64,000 nt of DNA from Chrysomallon squamiferum (Eukaryota; Animalia; Mollusca), in the NCBI GenBank assembly GCA_012295275.1, contig CM022666.1, forward strand, positions 2,294,001-2,358,000, in the 5' to 3' direction. The stretch's first letter is position 1. Each line of letters starts with the position of its first letter. Positions 1-64,000 of this stretch are shown here, piece by piece. A program made the position numbers and the translations under genes. The notes beneath the pieces were generated by a model. The model did not search any database, was not told the origin of the DNA, and saw only the letters and a program-made list of their open reading frames with translations.

Positions 1-603
1 ACTAGTGCACCTAAACTGGAGGCAGCAAACAGGAAAGAGTTCAAGTGGTGATGGTAAACATTTATTATTATTTTGACGTCACTGTCAGAGGTGTATGGAC
101 AACACATCTTAAAATTTAAATAACAAAAAAGGTATGTGATCAGTTCACTTCCACACTAATCAAGAATTTGAAGGAAGATTTAAAACCAAAACTGAAAAAA
201 CTGAAAATAAATGTCCGTTTTCTAAAAGGATTTTTTTTTTTATTTGTTGTTTTGTTATTGTAACTGTTTCGTTTTGTTCTGTTCTGTTAAAAGCAAATAA
301 CAATAAATCATTGATTGTACGCATTAAATAACGAAAAGACCGTATTATAATTTGTTGAATATAATTTCTAAACTTTAATTACTAAGTTATAGTATAACTT
401 AGTACATTTAATGATACAGAAACTGAGAAATGAGAAATACGCTAATTGAACAATCGATCCACGATTTGTACAACTAGCAATGCCAATTGTATTTACTAAG
501 TTGGGATATTTAGTAATTTATTCTGCTAACATTAACATTTCTTACTCTGTAGCTGTAATTAATCGAGAAAAAACAACAACAAAACTTTATAGATTTTACT
601 TAC

Positions 604-690
604 CTTTCAATTCTTAAATCTGGCGCTCAAATTTTAAACTGGTAACTGTGAAAGTATTTCGAAGTACAATATAACCAGTCTACTTCCGAA
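604..690 (-). other. Possible non-coding first exon of a divergently transcribed neighbouring gene
   Basis: Perfect minus-strand donor AG|GTAAGT at 598-605 and ETS-type CGGAAGT at 682-688; no coding evidence. Confidence 0.25.
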
Positions 691-1472
691 AAGGGGTCAT
701 TCTCAAATACATTTTTTATTACAGTGACATTTAAGGAATATTTATTGCATATCTATTACATTACATTTTAAATAACACAGCAGTTTATTTTAAATTGTTG
801 TTTAATTTGATGTTTGCCAGTTATTTAATATCCTCAAAATATAAATAATAGTTTTAATCAGCATTAACAGTTCAATCTTTCACAGTGATAAACGCAGATT
901 AGCAAGTCATATTAAAAACGTTAGAGCTTAAGTAATTTTAGTTATATTTATTTTATTTTATTCTTTTAATTCTTATTTTATTATTAGAACTTTTTTTGTT
1001 GTTGTTTTTATATGAACGATACAGATTGGAAATTATATTCATATATTAAATCTTCAATAATTTGCTCTATTCGACGATCAGAATAAAGAAAAGACAAGTG
1101 ATAAACAGTCTAATTTCTGGATTTCTGTTTTGTTTTTGTTTTTTTTTCTGTTTTATATAAAATAAATATTTATTTATTTATTTATTTTAATGTTCTGCTA
1201 AATGTCATCCAACTGCCACAAAACTATTGTTCACAGCATTATTTATTGAGTGAATTTTCTTAATTTCTTCCATAAAAGATTAATTGCATAACTTGAACAA
1301 GTGTTATAAAACAATTATTCTTATGGGCGTTGAAGGATTTCTGACAGAGAAGTCTTTAAAAGGATTTCATTTGCCTCTGGTTACGTCTATTTTAATGGAA
1401 GAAAATACGCCCATAATTGCATTCACGTTTTTAAATTAATGGCTGAATTAATTATTTAATGACATACAAACC

Positions 1473-1476
<4 letters not shown>

Positions 1477-1563
<87 letters not shown>
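1477..1563. repeat. Compound (CT)n(CA)n microsatellite
   Basis: Directly visible. Confidence 0.95.
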
Positions 1564-1566
<3 letters not shown>

Positions 1567-2015
1567 TACATTATTTTTGCTGTTCAGTTATGTATATTCA
1601 CAGCATTTATTGCATATACAGTTATTAGGTATATCATCTATATGCAGGCTTTTTCGTTTCCACGTAAATTCATGCTGCATGTACTTAATTATTAGCATTA
1701 TCTCAGAGGCTACATAGACTGTGCATTATAAATTCAGATATTAATGGACACGTAAGTATTGAACTAACTGATAATGTATATTATTTATTTTTCTGAAAAT
1801 GTGGACTATTCGAAATGATCCGATCCGGTAGGCATGTAATAATTTATAAAGAGGTATCAGTTATCGAGAATTCAGCAACGCGTATGAATTCAATTAAATT
1901 TCCGAAGTTTTAAAAGTTTGTTTCTTTTTTCGTCAGTGATATTGTTTCAATAGACGTGCAATTGTTTTTTTGTCTTGTTGTTGTTGTTAGGCTTATTTTT
2001 TGTGTTTTATTATTA

Positions 2016-2061
<46 letters not shown>

Positions 2062-2802
2062 TGTTATTATTTATTTATTTATTTAAAAAAATAATAATAA
2101 AAAATAAAATATTATCTTATCGTATCACTGCTATTGTAATAACTATTATAAATGATAATGGAACTAAAGTTTACAAAGTCTTTTATGTATCTTTTCTATT
2201 TGGGGTGGGTTCCTTTTTCTTTTTTCTTTTTTTCTTTCTTTTTTCTTTTTTTTTTTTTTTTTTTTTTTTTTTTCTTCTTCTTCTTCTGTTATTGTTGATA
2301 TTATTATTCATACGCTCGTCTTGGCGATTTTAAGGCGGTGACTAGAGCGTAATGGCTCGAAGTAAAAGATTGTCAATAGACTGGATCCTTGAATCACTCG
2401 GACTATTTCCACACATAAGTAAACATAAATAACAGTGTCTTTGGTATTTTTAAAACGGGAAATAACTCGGCGTTTTCGCCAAACCAGATCCAAAAACGCC
2501 TAAGGCGAACGTTCTGCTTGTTCAGACATTTTCTTTAGAACGCATACTGATCACAGCGGAAATCACGTACATTAAAATAGATAAATAATAATAAACGGCT
2601 ACGTTTTTACATTTGTTTCATTGCGTTAATGTATGAATAGAACATATTTGTTGTAGAATTATGTGAAAAACGATTAAAAACAAAACAAAACAAAACAACA
2701 ACAACAAAAAACAAAACAAATAAAACTAAAATGTTGACCGTCAGTTATATTAGTTGTAAAACAGCAGTAATGAAGTAAGTATGTAAAACGGGAATACAAA
2801 GA

Positions 2803-2833
<31 letters not shown>

Positions 2834-2964
2834 CTAGTACGGCATCTCGTCATTTTTTAAATTTGTTTTATTTTGTTTGATAAATAAATCAAGATGAATA
2901 CTATTTTAAATGAAAACAATAATTTCTTCTTTATATAAACAACTAGTAAATAAGGAATGCCTTG

Positions 2965-3360
2965 TGTTAGTTTCCGGTTGACTTCAGTAAGTCTCAGTTT
3001 ATTTAGAGAAAAACTGCGTATCTTTATCATTGTCAAGTTTATTTGAGTATAATATGAGGGGTCACATACCTGTCACTTTACGAAGGTGAAGAAAGTTACC
3101 TCACCTTTAGGTCAGAGGTAATGAGGCAAATCATGTAAAAATGCGCGCATGAATCTCATGAGCACAGGAATAATTTGATAATTTTAATTTATGCATCAAA
3201 AATACAAAAGCAATTCCACTTTATTTTCTTTATATAACAAGTAACATGTGTTGTAAATATTTATAATCATGTTGCATTGAATGATACATGGAACTATATT
3301 ATGCGTGTGAACACAAGTTATAAGTAGGGCACACCCTTGAAACAAGATGGCGGCAGTCAT
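2965..3360 (+). promoter_or_regulatory. Putative core promoter of the kinase gene
   Basis: ETS-like TTCCGG near 2973, NRF1-like palindrome ATGCGCGCAT at 3141-3150, and YY1 consensus CAAGATGGCGGC at 3343-3354, all within about 600 bp upstream of exon 1a. Confidence 0.55.
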
Positions 3361-3569
3361 TCGATGTGGACAAGTGGTCATAAAACATGGTACAGAACAT
3401 AAAAGTGATGGAATTTAAGTTCTAGAAACCAGCATAGCCAATGGTTCGGTCACAGCAACAATTTATTAGCAAACTTTCCTCTCATCCAGACAAAAACAAC
3501 CATTATTTTCTTTTATTTCTAAAGTTTTTACCTTGATTCTTGAAGTAATTTGGGAAATCCTGATACGGA

Positions 3570-55224
<51,655 letters not shown>

Positions 55225-56650
55225 ATGCAGGCTCTAAAATATAACATACACACGGTTGTCAGATATAACAATAACAAAAACATAATAATTGTTATTATTG
55301 TCGTATTTCTGTTTTTGTTGTTATTTTTTCGTACTAGTAGTAATGGTATTATTTTTAGTATTGTTATTGTTATCGTTATTGTTGTTATTTTTGTTATTTT
55401 TATCTTTTTGTTATTATTAATGTTTGTAGAAAAATATAAAATTGTTGTTTTACTTTCAGACCGTCCTAGTAATATAATGAAAAATGCAGGGAAGAAGATG
55501 ACAAAGCCAGCTATTTTGAAGAACAGTGTATATACATATACTTTAAAAAAATACACACACACACACACACTTATATATATAAGTTTTCACTGGTACGAAC
55601 AAGACCGTTGTGTAATTTGACTTGGTGATGCAAATGACACTGTACATGTGATGTTATTAATAACATAAGTGATTTAATTAAGTGCTACAATCATTCCCAG
55701 GAAGATTAAACAAGAATTGTTTTTTTTGTTTTTTGTTTTTTCAAAAATTACACAAACGTTTTGATTAATATTAGCAAGCAAATGAGTAAAGAAAGATTTC
55801 GATGAAATTCGGTAACGGATTTTGTATTATTTTTATTTTGAGCATTTAGTACCAGAAGAATTCCTTTCTCATTTAATTGTTTATCATTGTTAATAATATT
55901 TTTTGATTATTATTATTGTTACTGGTAGGGTTTCAGGGGTACTTTTTTCTTTCTGTTTTTGTTTTTTTTAATAAAAAAGTAAGGATAATTAAAAATAAAA
56001 ATTCAAACATAAATATTCTTCAGTGTTACATAAACTTGAATCTTTTGCATCTTATCGACCTTTTGGTTATTGAGAATGTCAAGATAACAATTCATCAAAA
56101 TAGAAAATAATAAACTACCAATATTAAATGATAATTGCTCTATTTATAATGACATTTGAAACTGAACATTATAAAACTTTTTCATTGCTAGAGATATGGA
56201 AAAACAAATGTATATAAAGAGATCTTTTTAACCAAAAAAAAAAAAAAAAAAAAAAAGAAATCACTTTAGATCAAGAGAGATGTAAACCAAATGAGATATA
56301 GTGAAGTGATTAAAAAATAAAATTTGTTTTAAAACAAACCTTCAATGTAGAATCCACAAAATTCTCTATTTGATCATTAAATGGATTACAAAAACATTCC
56401 TAGAATTCAGTTATAAACTGATTAAGATATATATCTGTAGATTTATAAAGATTCTGAGATTGTTTTTTTTTTTTCTTACCTATTTTTTATTTTTATTTTA
56501 TTTTTATTTTTTTAAGTTTAATTTTTAAATCACTAGTTTAGTGTATGGCATTATGCACTGTTACCATAGTAACTGTCACAGTTTTTATAATAATTATTAT
56601 AAATCACTATTATAAAGATTATTATTATTAATGTCGTCATGATTATAAAA

Positions 56651-56683
<33 letters not shown>

Positions 56684-57111
56684 CAGTTTCTGCTATTGGT
56701 ATCATCATCATGATAATTTTTCTTTATTATTATTATAACAATATTATAACCATCGTCAAAATTAATATTAGAAAAAAAAAAAATTAAATATTACTTCTAT
56801 TATTAATAAAGATGGTTTGTGTTTGTAAAATGCTACATGGCAGTTTCATTATAATGACAATCACCAACTTTTATAAACATAAATTTGCTCTTCTTTTTTT
56901 CTGTGTGTGTATGTGTCTACTGCAGAATAGAATTTAGTTAAACTAATAGCACTACTTAGTTCTTTATCTTTTCTACAAAAGAGCAGCATAAGATTTCAGT
57001 AAATTTCTGGGGGTGGGGTGTTGTTTTATTGTTTAATTTAATTTTTTTTTATTTGTTACTTTATTTATTTATGAAATTAGTAAATCTAACGTCTTTGAAA
57101 TAACATTTTAT

Positions 57112-57595
57112 TTTACCATTAATAAATTCAATATTTCATAATTTTTATTTCACAGACAATAATGATGGTTGACTTCAAAATTATTAAAACAAACAAAAAA
57201 AAACAACAACTGAAATAATAAATTATATTTTGCATTAATGTTAACAGTATGTTAAAATTTCCATAATTTTATTCTCCATTTTGTTTATATTTTAAAATTA
57301 AAACTGAATAATGTCATTCAAATAAAATATTTTTTTGCTAAAAGAAAAATATATATATTCCGCTGTTTTCTTCAGAGTGTTTTTTGAAACTTGGGTTAAC
57401 AACATGTCATCAATAATTTGTGTTGCCAGGAAAACCAACTTTGATCTGTAACAAGTGTTAATATCAGCATCAGTGTTATTCACAGTTAAAATTAACATGA
57501 CGCACTTCCATTTCTTGAAATAAATCTTTCCAAATAATATATGAAAATGGAGATAAATAATATATTACATCATAAATGCTCATAAAAATAAAGAT

Positions 57596-57639
<44 letters not shown>

Positions 57640-58885
57640 ACATACACATTATTTTAAAATGATCAAGTATTTATTTGCCTTTTGTTTGGTTTAAAATAAA
57701 AATGATAATGTTAAAATAGCAGGTTATCAAAAAGCAGATTTAAGTTTGTTTCTTAAGATTTGCTTATTTTTCTCAGCACATACATAATTAGGAATCCATT
57801 TAATTTTTTATTTAACGGGTTTTCTTCTTCATAGGGCATTCTAAAATTTTAAGATTTTTATTTATTCCTGTTAGCTGCTGAAAAAAAATTGTATTGAAAA
57901 AAATTATAATGTTACTGTAATGCTACATAAAAATTAGTTTTTAACCTTATTTATCTGCATGTATTTTCAGCCAGTGATTAAATTGTGTTCCATTGTTTAC
58001 AATTTTTATTTTATTTTATTTTATTGTTTTTGTTATTATTGTTATTATTATTATTAATACTCTTATGTCATTTCCATTAACAAATTTAATATTTCAAAAA
58101 TGATGGTTGTCTTCAAAATAAAAGAATTCATAAAATTAAAAATTAAGAATTGAAATATTAAATTAAATCTTCTGTTAATGTTAACAATATTATACAATTT
58201 ATTCTTCCTTTTCCTATTTTTAAAATTAAAAAGTAATATGTGTGTGTGTCTGTCAGATAAAATTCTTTGGTAAAATTTGGTAAAAGAAAAATCTTCTGTG
58301 TAGTTTTCGTAACTTAGGTTAACAACACCTTAGCGCTGATTTCATTTGCCCGGAAAAGAAATTTTGATCTGTAACAAGTGTTAACGTCAACATAATGTTA
58401 TTCACAATTTTTACCAAGAAGACACACCTAAAGTTCTTGGAATACTTCTTTCCAAATAATATGATATGAAAATGGAGATAAATCATTTATTATATTATAC
58501 GTGCTAATAAAAATAAAAGATAAAACACACACACACACACACACACATTATTTATTTCAAAACAATCAAACATTTACCTGCCTTTATTTGTGTAAAATAA
58601 AAATAATGTTAAAAATGCAGGTTCAAATTTATTTCTTAAGATTTTAGTTCTTTTTCTCAGCACATAAGTAACAGGAATCCATTTAATTTTTGATTTAAAA
58701 TGTATTTTTAAAAATCACATATTTCTGACAATGTTACTATAATGCTACTTAAAAATTTGGATTTTAACCTTATTTATCTGCATGCACATTTTGCCAGTGA
58801 TTAAATTGTGTTCCTAATTTGCCATTATTTTATTTTATTTTGTTTTTGTTTTTTGTTGTTATTATTATTATTATTATTATTTTAA
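57112..58885 (+). repeat. Diverged tandem duplication of about 0.8-0.95 kb downstream of the stop codon
   Basis: Colinear shared anchors: aatgatggttg(a/t)cttcaaaa near 57161/58099, tttgatctgtaacaagtgttaa near 57440/58362, a (CA)n tract near 57601/58526, and ccagtgattaaattgtgttcc near 57971/58794. Confidence 0.88.
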
Positions 58886-60265
58886 TAACTGTCAAAAGAA
58901 AATATCCTGTAGATCAGTGGATCTTTTTTTATTATTCTTTTTTTGTTGTTCGATTTTTTAATTCAATTTTTTTTGTTCTTTTCCAAAATATTATCTACAG
59001 CAGTTTGCAATTTTTTCCTCTCTTTGTAACAAATTTTTGTTTCAATTTTTAAAAAAAATTACTTTTTTTTTTAAATTTTAATGTTCTAATATCTTTATGT
59101 TTGATAGAAAAAGAATGACTAATATTCAGAAAGGAATTTTTTTTTTTTTTTTTGTTCTGTGCGTGTGTGTGTGTCTCAGTTATATATATTTTACTTCATT
59201 TTGCTTTCTTTGTAAATAGAAATTTTCACAAAATGGACTTCGTTTATATATAATTTATAAGCTGCTGCTTAATTGTATGAAACTGTTCACATCATGTGAT
59301 AACACGTACGAAACTTTTGTATTTTTGTTTCTTTTCAAGCTGCACGATATTGTATTTAGAAAAAATTGTTAATACTTTCTTGTATAGTTTGGTGCATTTT
59401 TTACTGTGAAAAATAAATACTTTAAAATAAATTTAAAAAAAATAAAAAGTCATTCCAATCCTAACTCATCAGTTTTTAGTGAATTTTAAATTTATTTGTA
59501 GCAGTTGAAGAAACTGGATTTTTTTTTTTTTTTAACCTAAATTAATAAAAAGACACTGTTGGTTACAAAAGTCAAGATTTACCAAAAATTTTAAAAATTA
59601 TAAAATTATTCGGATCATCAAAGATCAATAAAGACAAACTTGTTCAAGAACATTTCTACTTCAGATTTATTTCAAATTGCAAAAAAAAAAAAAAAAAAAA
59701 AAAAAAATTATTTTAATAAAAATAATAAATATGAACAAAATAATACATATTTATATTACTTGAATACTAACCAACAGTTTTGAAGAAAGAAAAAAAAAAG
59801 GTGCCTTCTTTACCACCAATTTCATTGGATATTGTGATACAACTCTAAGCCAATCATATTTCAGGTTACATGATAAGGAGTCACGTGTTTTAATGATAAT
59901 CAAATGGGAGAAAGTAAATAATAATTTCAGTTTAGAAATACTGTACTTTCGTAGTCTAAATTAGTGTTAGAATATTTTTTAAAATTTGGAGAAGTGCATA
60001 AAATAATGAACAAAAAGAAAATATAAAATTTAATAGGTAGAGAATTGTAAAAAGAATATATATATATATGTGTGTATATATTTAAAAAATAAACATGTCT
60101 GCTGAAGAAAGTGCAGCATGTTTGTTAATATGAGACTTAACATGATCATGTGTGATACTGGAAGCATATCATTTATATATATATATATATATATTAATAT
60201 CTATATCTCTACTATCTATCTATATAGATATAGATGTATTTCAAATAGAAAAAAGTACTATGTTT

Positions 60266-60296
<31 letters not shown>

Positions 60297-61787
60297 ACAC
60301 ACGTGCATAAACCAAATACGTACATAAATATTTTGTATGCACATGTTATTAATTCAGTAAATAACTTTAATTTCCATTCTTACCTTATTGAAACTTTTCG
60401 TATGTAAGCTTTCTTTCTGAACAGAATATTTGTTTTCCCCTTCAGTTTCCTGTTTTTCGTTATTTCAGAAATGTATTGTAGTTTAATAACAGGAGGCTTT
60501 GTCTTTGTTTGTAGATGTAAAATTACTCAGACACAGACACACAAACCCTTGACCAGCAAATCAACATAGTACATTAAAATTAAATGTTCTTGCATGAATG
60601 TGTGGCTTGAGTGATTTTCTAGAGCAAGAAAAAACGAATAATAGTAATAATAAATGAAAAAAAAAATTAAAAAAACAGTTTCGAAGTTTTATAGATTATA
60701 TTTGTATGTGTTATAATGTTTGTATCATTTGGGGAAAATGCTGTCATCCTTGGTATTTTATTTTCACAATGGAAATTTTGAATGTATATAGAGACAATTA
60801 ATCTGTATATATATATATGAAGCATGGTAACTGTAGATAATTAATCAGACGCTTGCTGTACATTTGTTATGTTACCCAAACTCTACTACTAGTGGGATAA
60901 CCACAAAGGTTGTGCTTTTATCATCAATCTTGCTGTTACAAAAAAAAAAGCAAAAATTATTATTAATTAATTAATTAATTAATTTAATTAATTACTGTTA
61001 CCCAGTATAATTATCATTTTGTAAATTTTTGTTTTTCATGGATTTTTTTTTTTTTTTTTTTTTTTTTGATCCATCTGAAAGGAAAATGGATTGAAAAAAT
61101 CTATAATTTTTTTTATTTTTTATTTTTTGATGATTTTAAGAGGTGTTAATTAAAGAATTGTGTAATTTTTTTTTTTTTTTTTTTTTTTTTAAATAAGTTC
61201 AACATTTTCATAAAGAATTCATTTTCTGGTGTATGAAATTGTAAACAGATATAATTAAATACTTCTTCATTTTTACTGTGTGTCTAATGGTTATGTGTGC
61301 TATGCAAAATGTATGGCTGATAGACAATTTGTTGATGCTGGAACAATGAAGGTTTAATGCAACATATATATATATTATGACAACTGTAAAATTAAATGAC
61401 AGAACATTCAATATAATGATTTAAATTTTATTTTTTGGATTTTTTAATTATAATTATTAACTATTTTCATCTCTTTTTTTTTTTAATATATATATATATA
61501 TTTTTCAAACTGACTCTATTCAAATTCTGCAAATTTATCATGTTAATTTGTTCACATTGAATTACAATTGCAAAATTCAGCTGATTTGTAAAATGTTGTT
61601 AAACCAAAGAGGTCAGAGATCAATTCTCTGTATGTGCACAACAAAAAACAACAACAAAAAACCATATATATGTGTGCACTGACTTCTATGGTACAATAAT
61701 ATTACAATACTGGACAATCTTTTTTCTTTACTTTTTTTTTTATTTTTTTTTTACTTTTCTTCGTCTTCTTTGTTATTATTATTATCA

Positions 61788-61834
<47 letters not shown>

Positions 61835-62168
61835 TATTCCAAAAATCATGTTGACATATCATTGTAAATTCACCTTTTAAAATACATCCAACTCCGTCGA
61901 TAAAAAGAACGTAACAGCTGGAATAAATGTAACAGTAATTTGAGTTTTTGGTTTGGAAAGTTGTAAGATGGTTTAAGTACATATTTATTAAAATAGCACT
62001 TGTTTTCTGTTGGGGGAAAAAAAAAATTGTATTTTATTTTTATATTTACCCACAGAAAGAGAGATTTGTTTAGAAAATAAGGATGTGAACCTTGATACTT
62101 TCAAATGCATGTGACTTTAAGTGTGTCTCTGTGAAATGATATAACTTAGTTTTCACAATGTGGCTATT

Positions 62169-62199
<31 letters not shown>

Positions 62200-62426
62200 T
62201 TATTATTATTATTATAGTAAAACTTATTATTTTTTGACGAAATGATGCACATTAAACTTCTTATATTTAGAAATATATAAAAAATCCAGGTTTCATTTTT
62301 AATTTTTTGTTTTTTTGTTTTCTTCTTCCACTGTTATTAAATGGCACTGTAATCATATTTAGCATTATTTACCTCTACTATTTGATTTGTCCAAAAATAA
62401 TATTTATTTTTTATTATTTTGAATAT

Positions 62427-62461
<35 letters not shown>

Positions 62462-62596
62462 CATACCAGCAATCTTGTTTTGTCTCAAGACTGTTTAAAA
62501 TAATATTTATACGGTCTCAGTATTTATGTTCACAGTTCTTGTAAACTCACCCCCCCAGTTTTAACGTCTAACCCTCCTAACCAGTTATTATTATTA

Positions 62597-62636
<40 letters not shown>

Positions 62637-63686
62637 TATTATTATTAATCCAGTACACTTCTCTTTGTAAATTGAAATATCTAATAAAACTATAAATTTA
62701 ATCATTGTGTTTTGTCATTTTTGGTTTTTTTTTATTTTTGAAAATCAAATTTTTGGGTTTGTTTTATATATATATACACATACACACACATATATACATA
62801 TAGTTTAGACAATATCCTGATAGCACAAGAGAGCTTAATATTACCTGATCTGTGAGTTTTCTAAACACCAAAAGAAAAGTTTCATAGTGCATGGTGCCAG
62901 CAGGTTTCATCTTTGCCAACTTGAGGCCCTGAATCACATTTAGTAAGCCATGTTTAAATTAGGACATTTCTTCCACTCAATGGGAGGGTGAATGTAAATA
63001 ATTCCATACTGGTAATGGAAAAACATGTTGGAATTATCTAAAGTTTAATATTAGAAAGCTTATGAATCGTATTTAAACATTTCTTCAGTTTCGTTCCAAG
63101 GGAAGGCATAGAAAGAAAATCCTTCTTGCTAAATAGAAAACTATTACAAGTTATGTCTGAAAGTATTACATACGGTCATAATTTTATAAAGCTTAAATGT
63201 GAAAAAGTAAATGAAAGACAACTAAACATAGCATTCAAATATTACAAGTGAACAAAAAAAACAAAACAAAAACGCAGAAAAGTAACTTCTTTTAGAGAAA
63301 GTAAATATTTATTCACTGTTTTCCTTTTTTTTGTTTTTACATTAGCATAGAGATTTATTAAATAGTGGTAATACAGTATCACAGGTATGTAACATAAAAT
63401 AAAAATGTGGAATTCATTCATTAACTGGATTAAGGCTGTTTAAGGGTAGTAATTTTTGTAAGGTTAATAAATTTAACAGAGAAATACATATGTATGTCAT
63501 GTTCACAAAGACTGGAAATGAAAAAAATAAGATAAAAAAATGTTCAGTATTTATTAATGTACAAAACAAACTACACTGATCTAGGCACTTATGTTGATAT
63601 TTTAAAATTCATGTATTATTTATAATAATAAAAGAAGAAAATTAAAATATTTGATTTGTTAAATTCACATTTCCATGAACAAAAAT

Positions 63687-63719
<33 letters not shown>

Positions 63720-64000
63720 TAAAATAAAATAAAATAAAATAAAATAAAATAAAATAATAATAACAATAACAAAAATAAATTAAAAAAAATAAAAATAAAA
63801 TAAAATAAATTAAAATAAAAATAAAAAACAAGTAAATTTACTAACAAATTTAAAAGGTTAAAATATTTATAGTAATTGATATTTCCAACTGTCTGCTTGT
63901 TCAATGTGGGGGAAAAGTAATAGTAATATTAAAAAATAAAAATATATTACTACAATATATTACCAATAATAATAATAATAATGAAATACAGATATTAAAA

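Noticed and set aside
1-53. Possible plus-strand exon end (G|gtaaac)
   Set aside because: Truncated by the window edge, too short to identify, and no matching downstream exon found.
1956-2333. 125-aa hydrophobic ORF, and similar ones at 33626, 42448, 51274 and 55225
   Set aside because: Poly-I/L/F/Y runs derive from (TAT)n and poly-T microsatellites.

Overview
AT-rich, microsatellite-dense animal genomic DNA; decayed SINE-like relics suggest a mollusc, which is an inference. The window is dominated by one intron-rich plus-strand gene, a GCK-III/STE20-family Ser/Thr kinase, the invertebrate co-orthologue of STK24/STK25/STK26 (MST3/YSK1/MST4). I assembled it by hand into about 15 coding exons from 3570 to 55224, roughly 700 aa. 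It has an intact kinase domain, a long Pro-rich linker built from symmetric phase-0 cassette-like exons, and a C-terminal PDCD10/CCM3-dimerisation domain. There are two candidate alternative first coding exons (3570 and 11737). The most unusual signal is that introns after four of five consecutive kinase exons carry repeats copied from, or starting at, their own exon boundaries. These are a 67-bp array giving six decoy copies of the exon-4 splice acceptor, a duplicated exon-3 donor, a minisatellite starting at the exon-2 donor, and a direct-repeat-flanked copy of part of exon 6. One linker exon is 1 nt short of frame, either a poison exon or a homopolymer error. Most short ORFs in the track are microsatellite artefacts.
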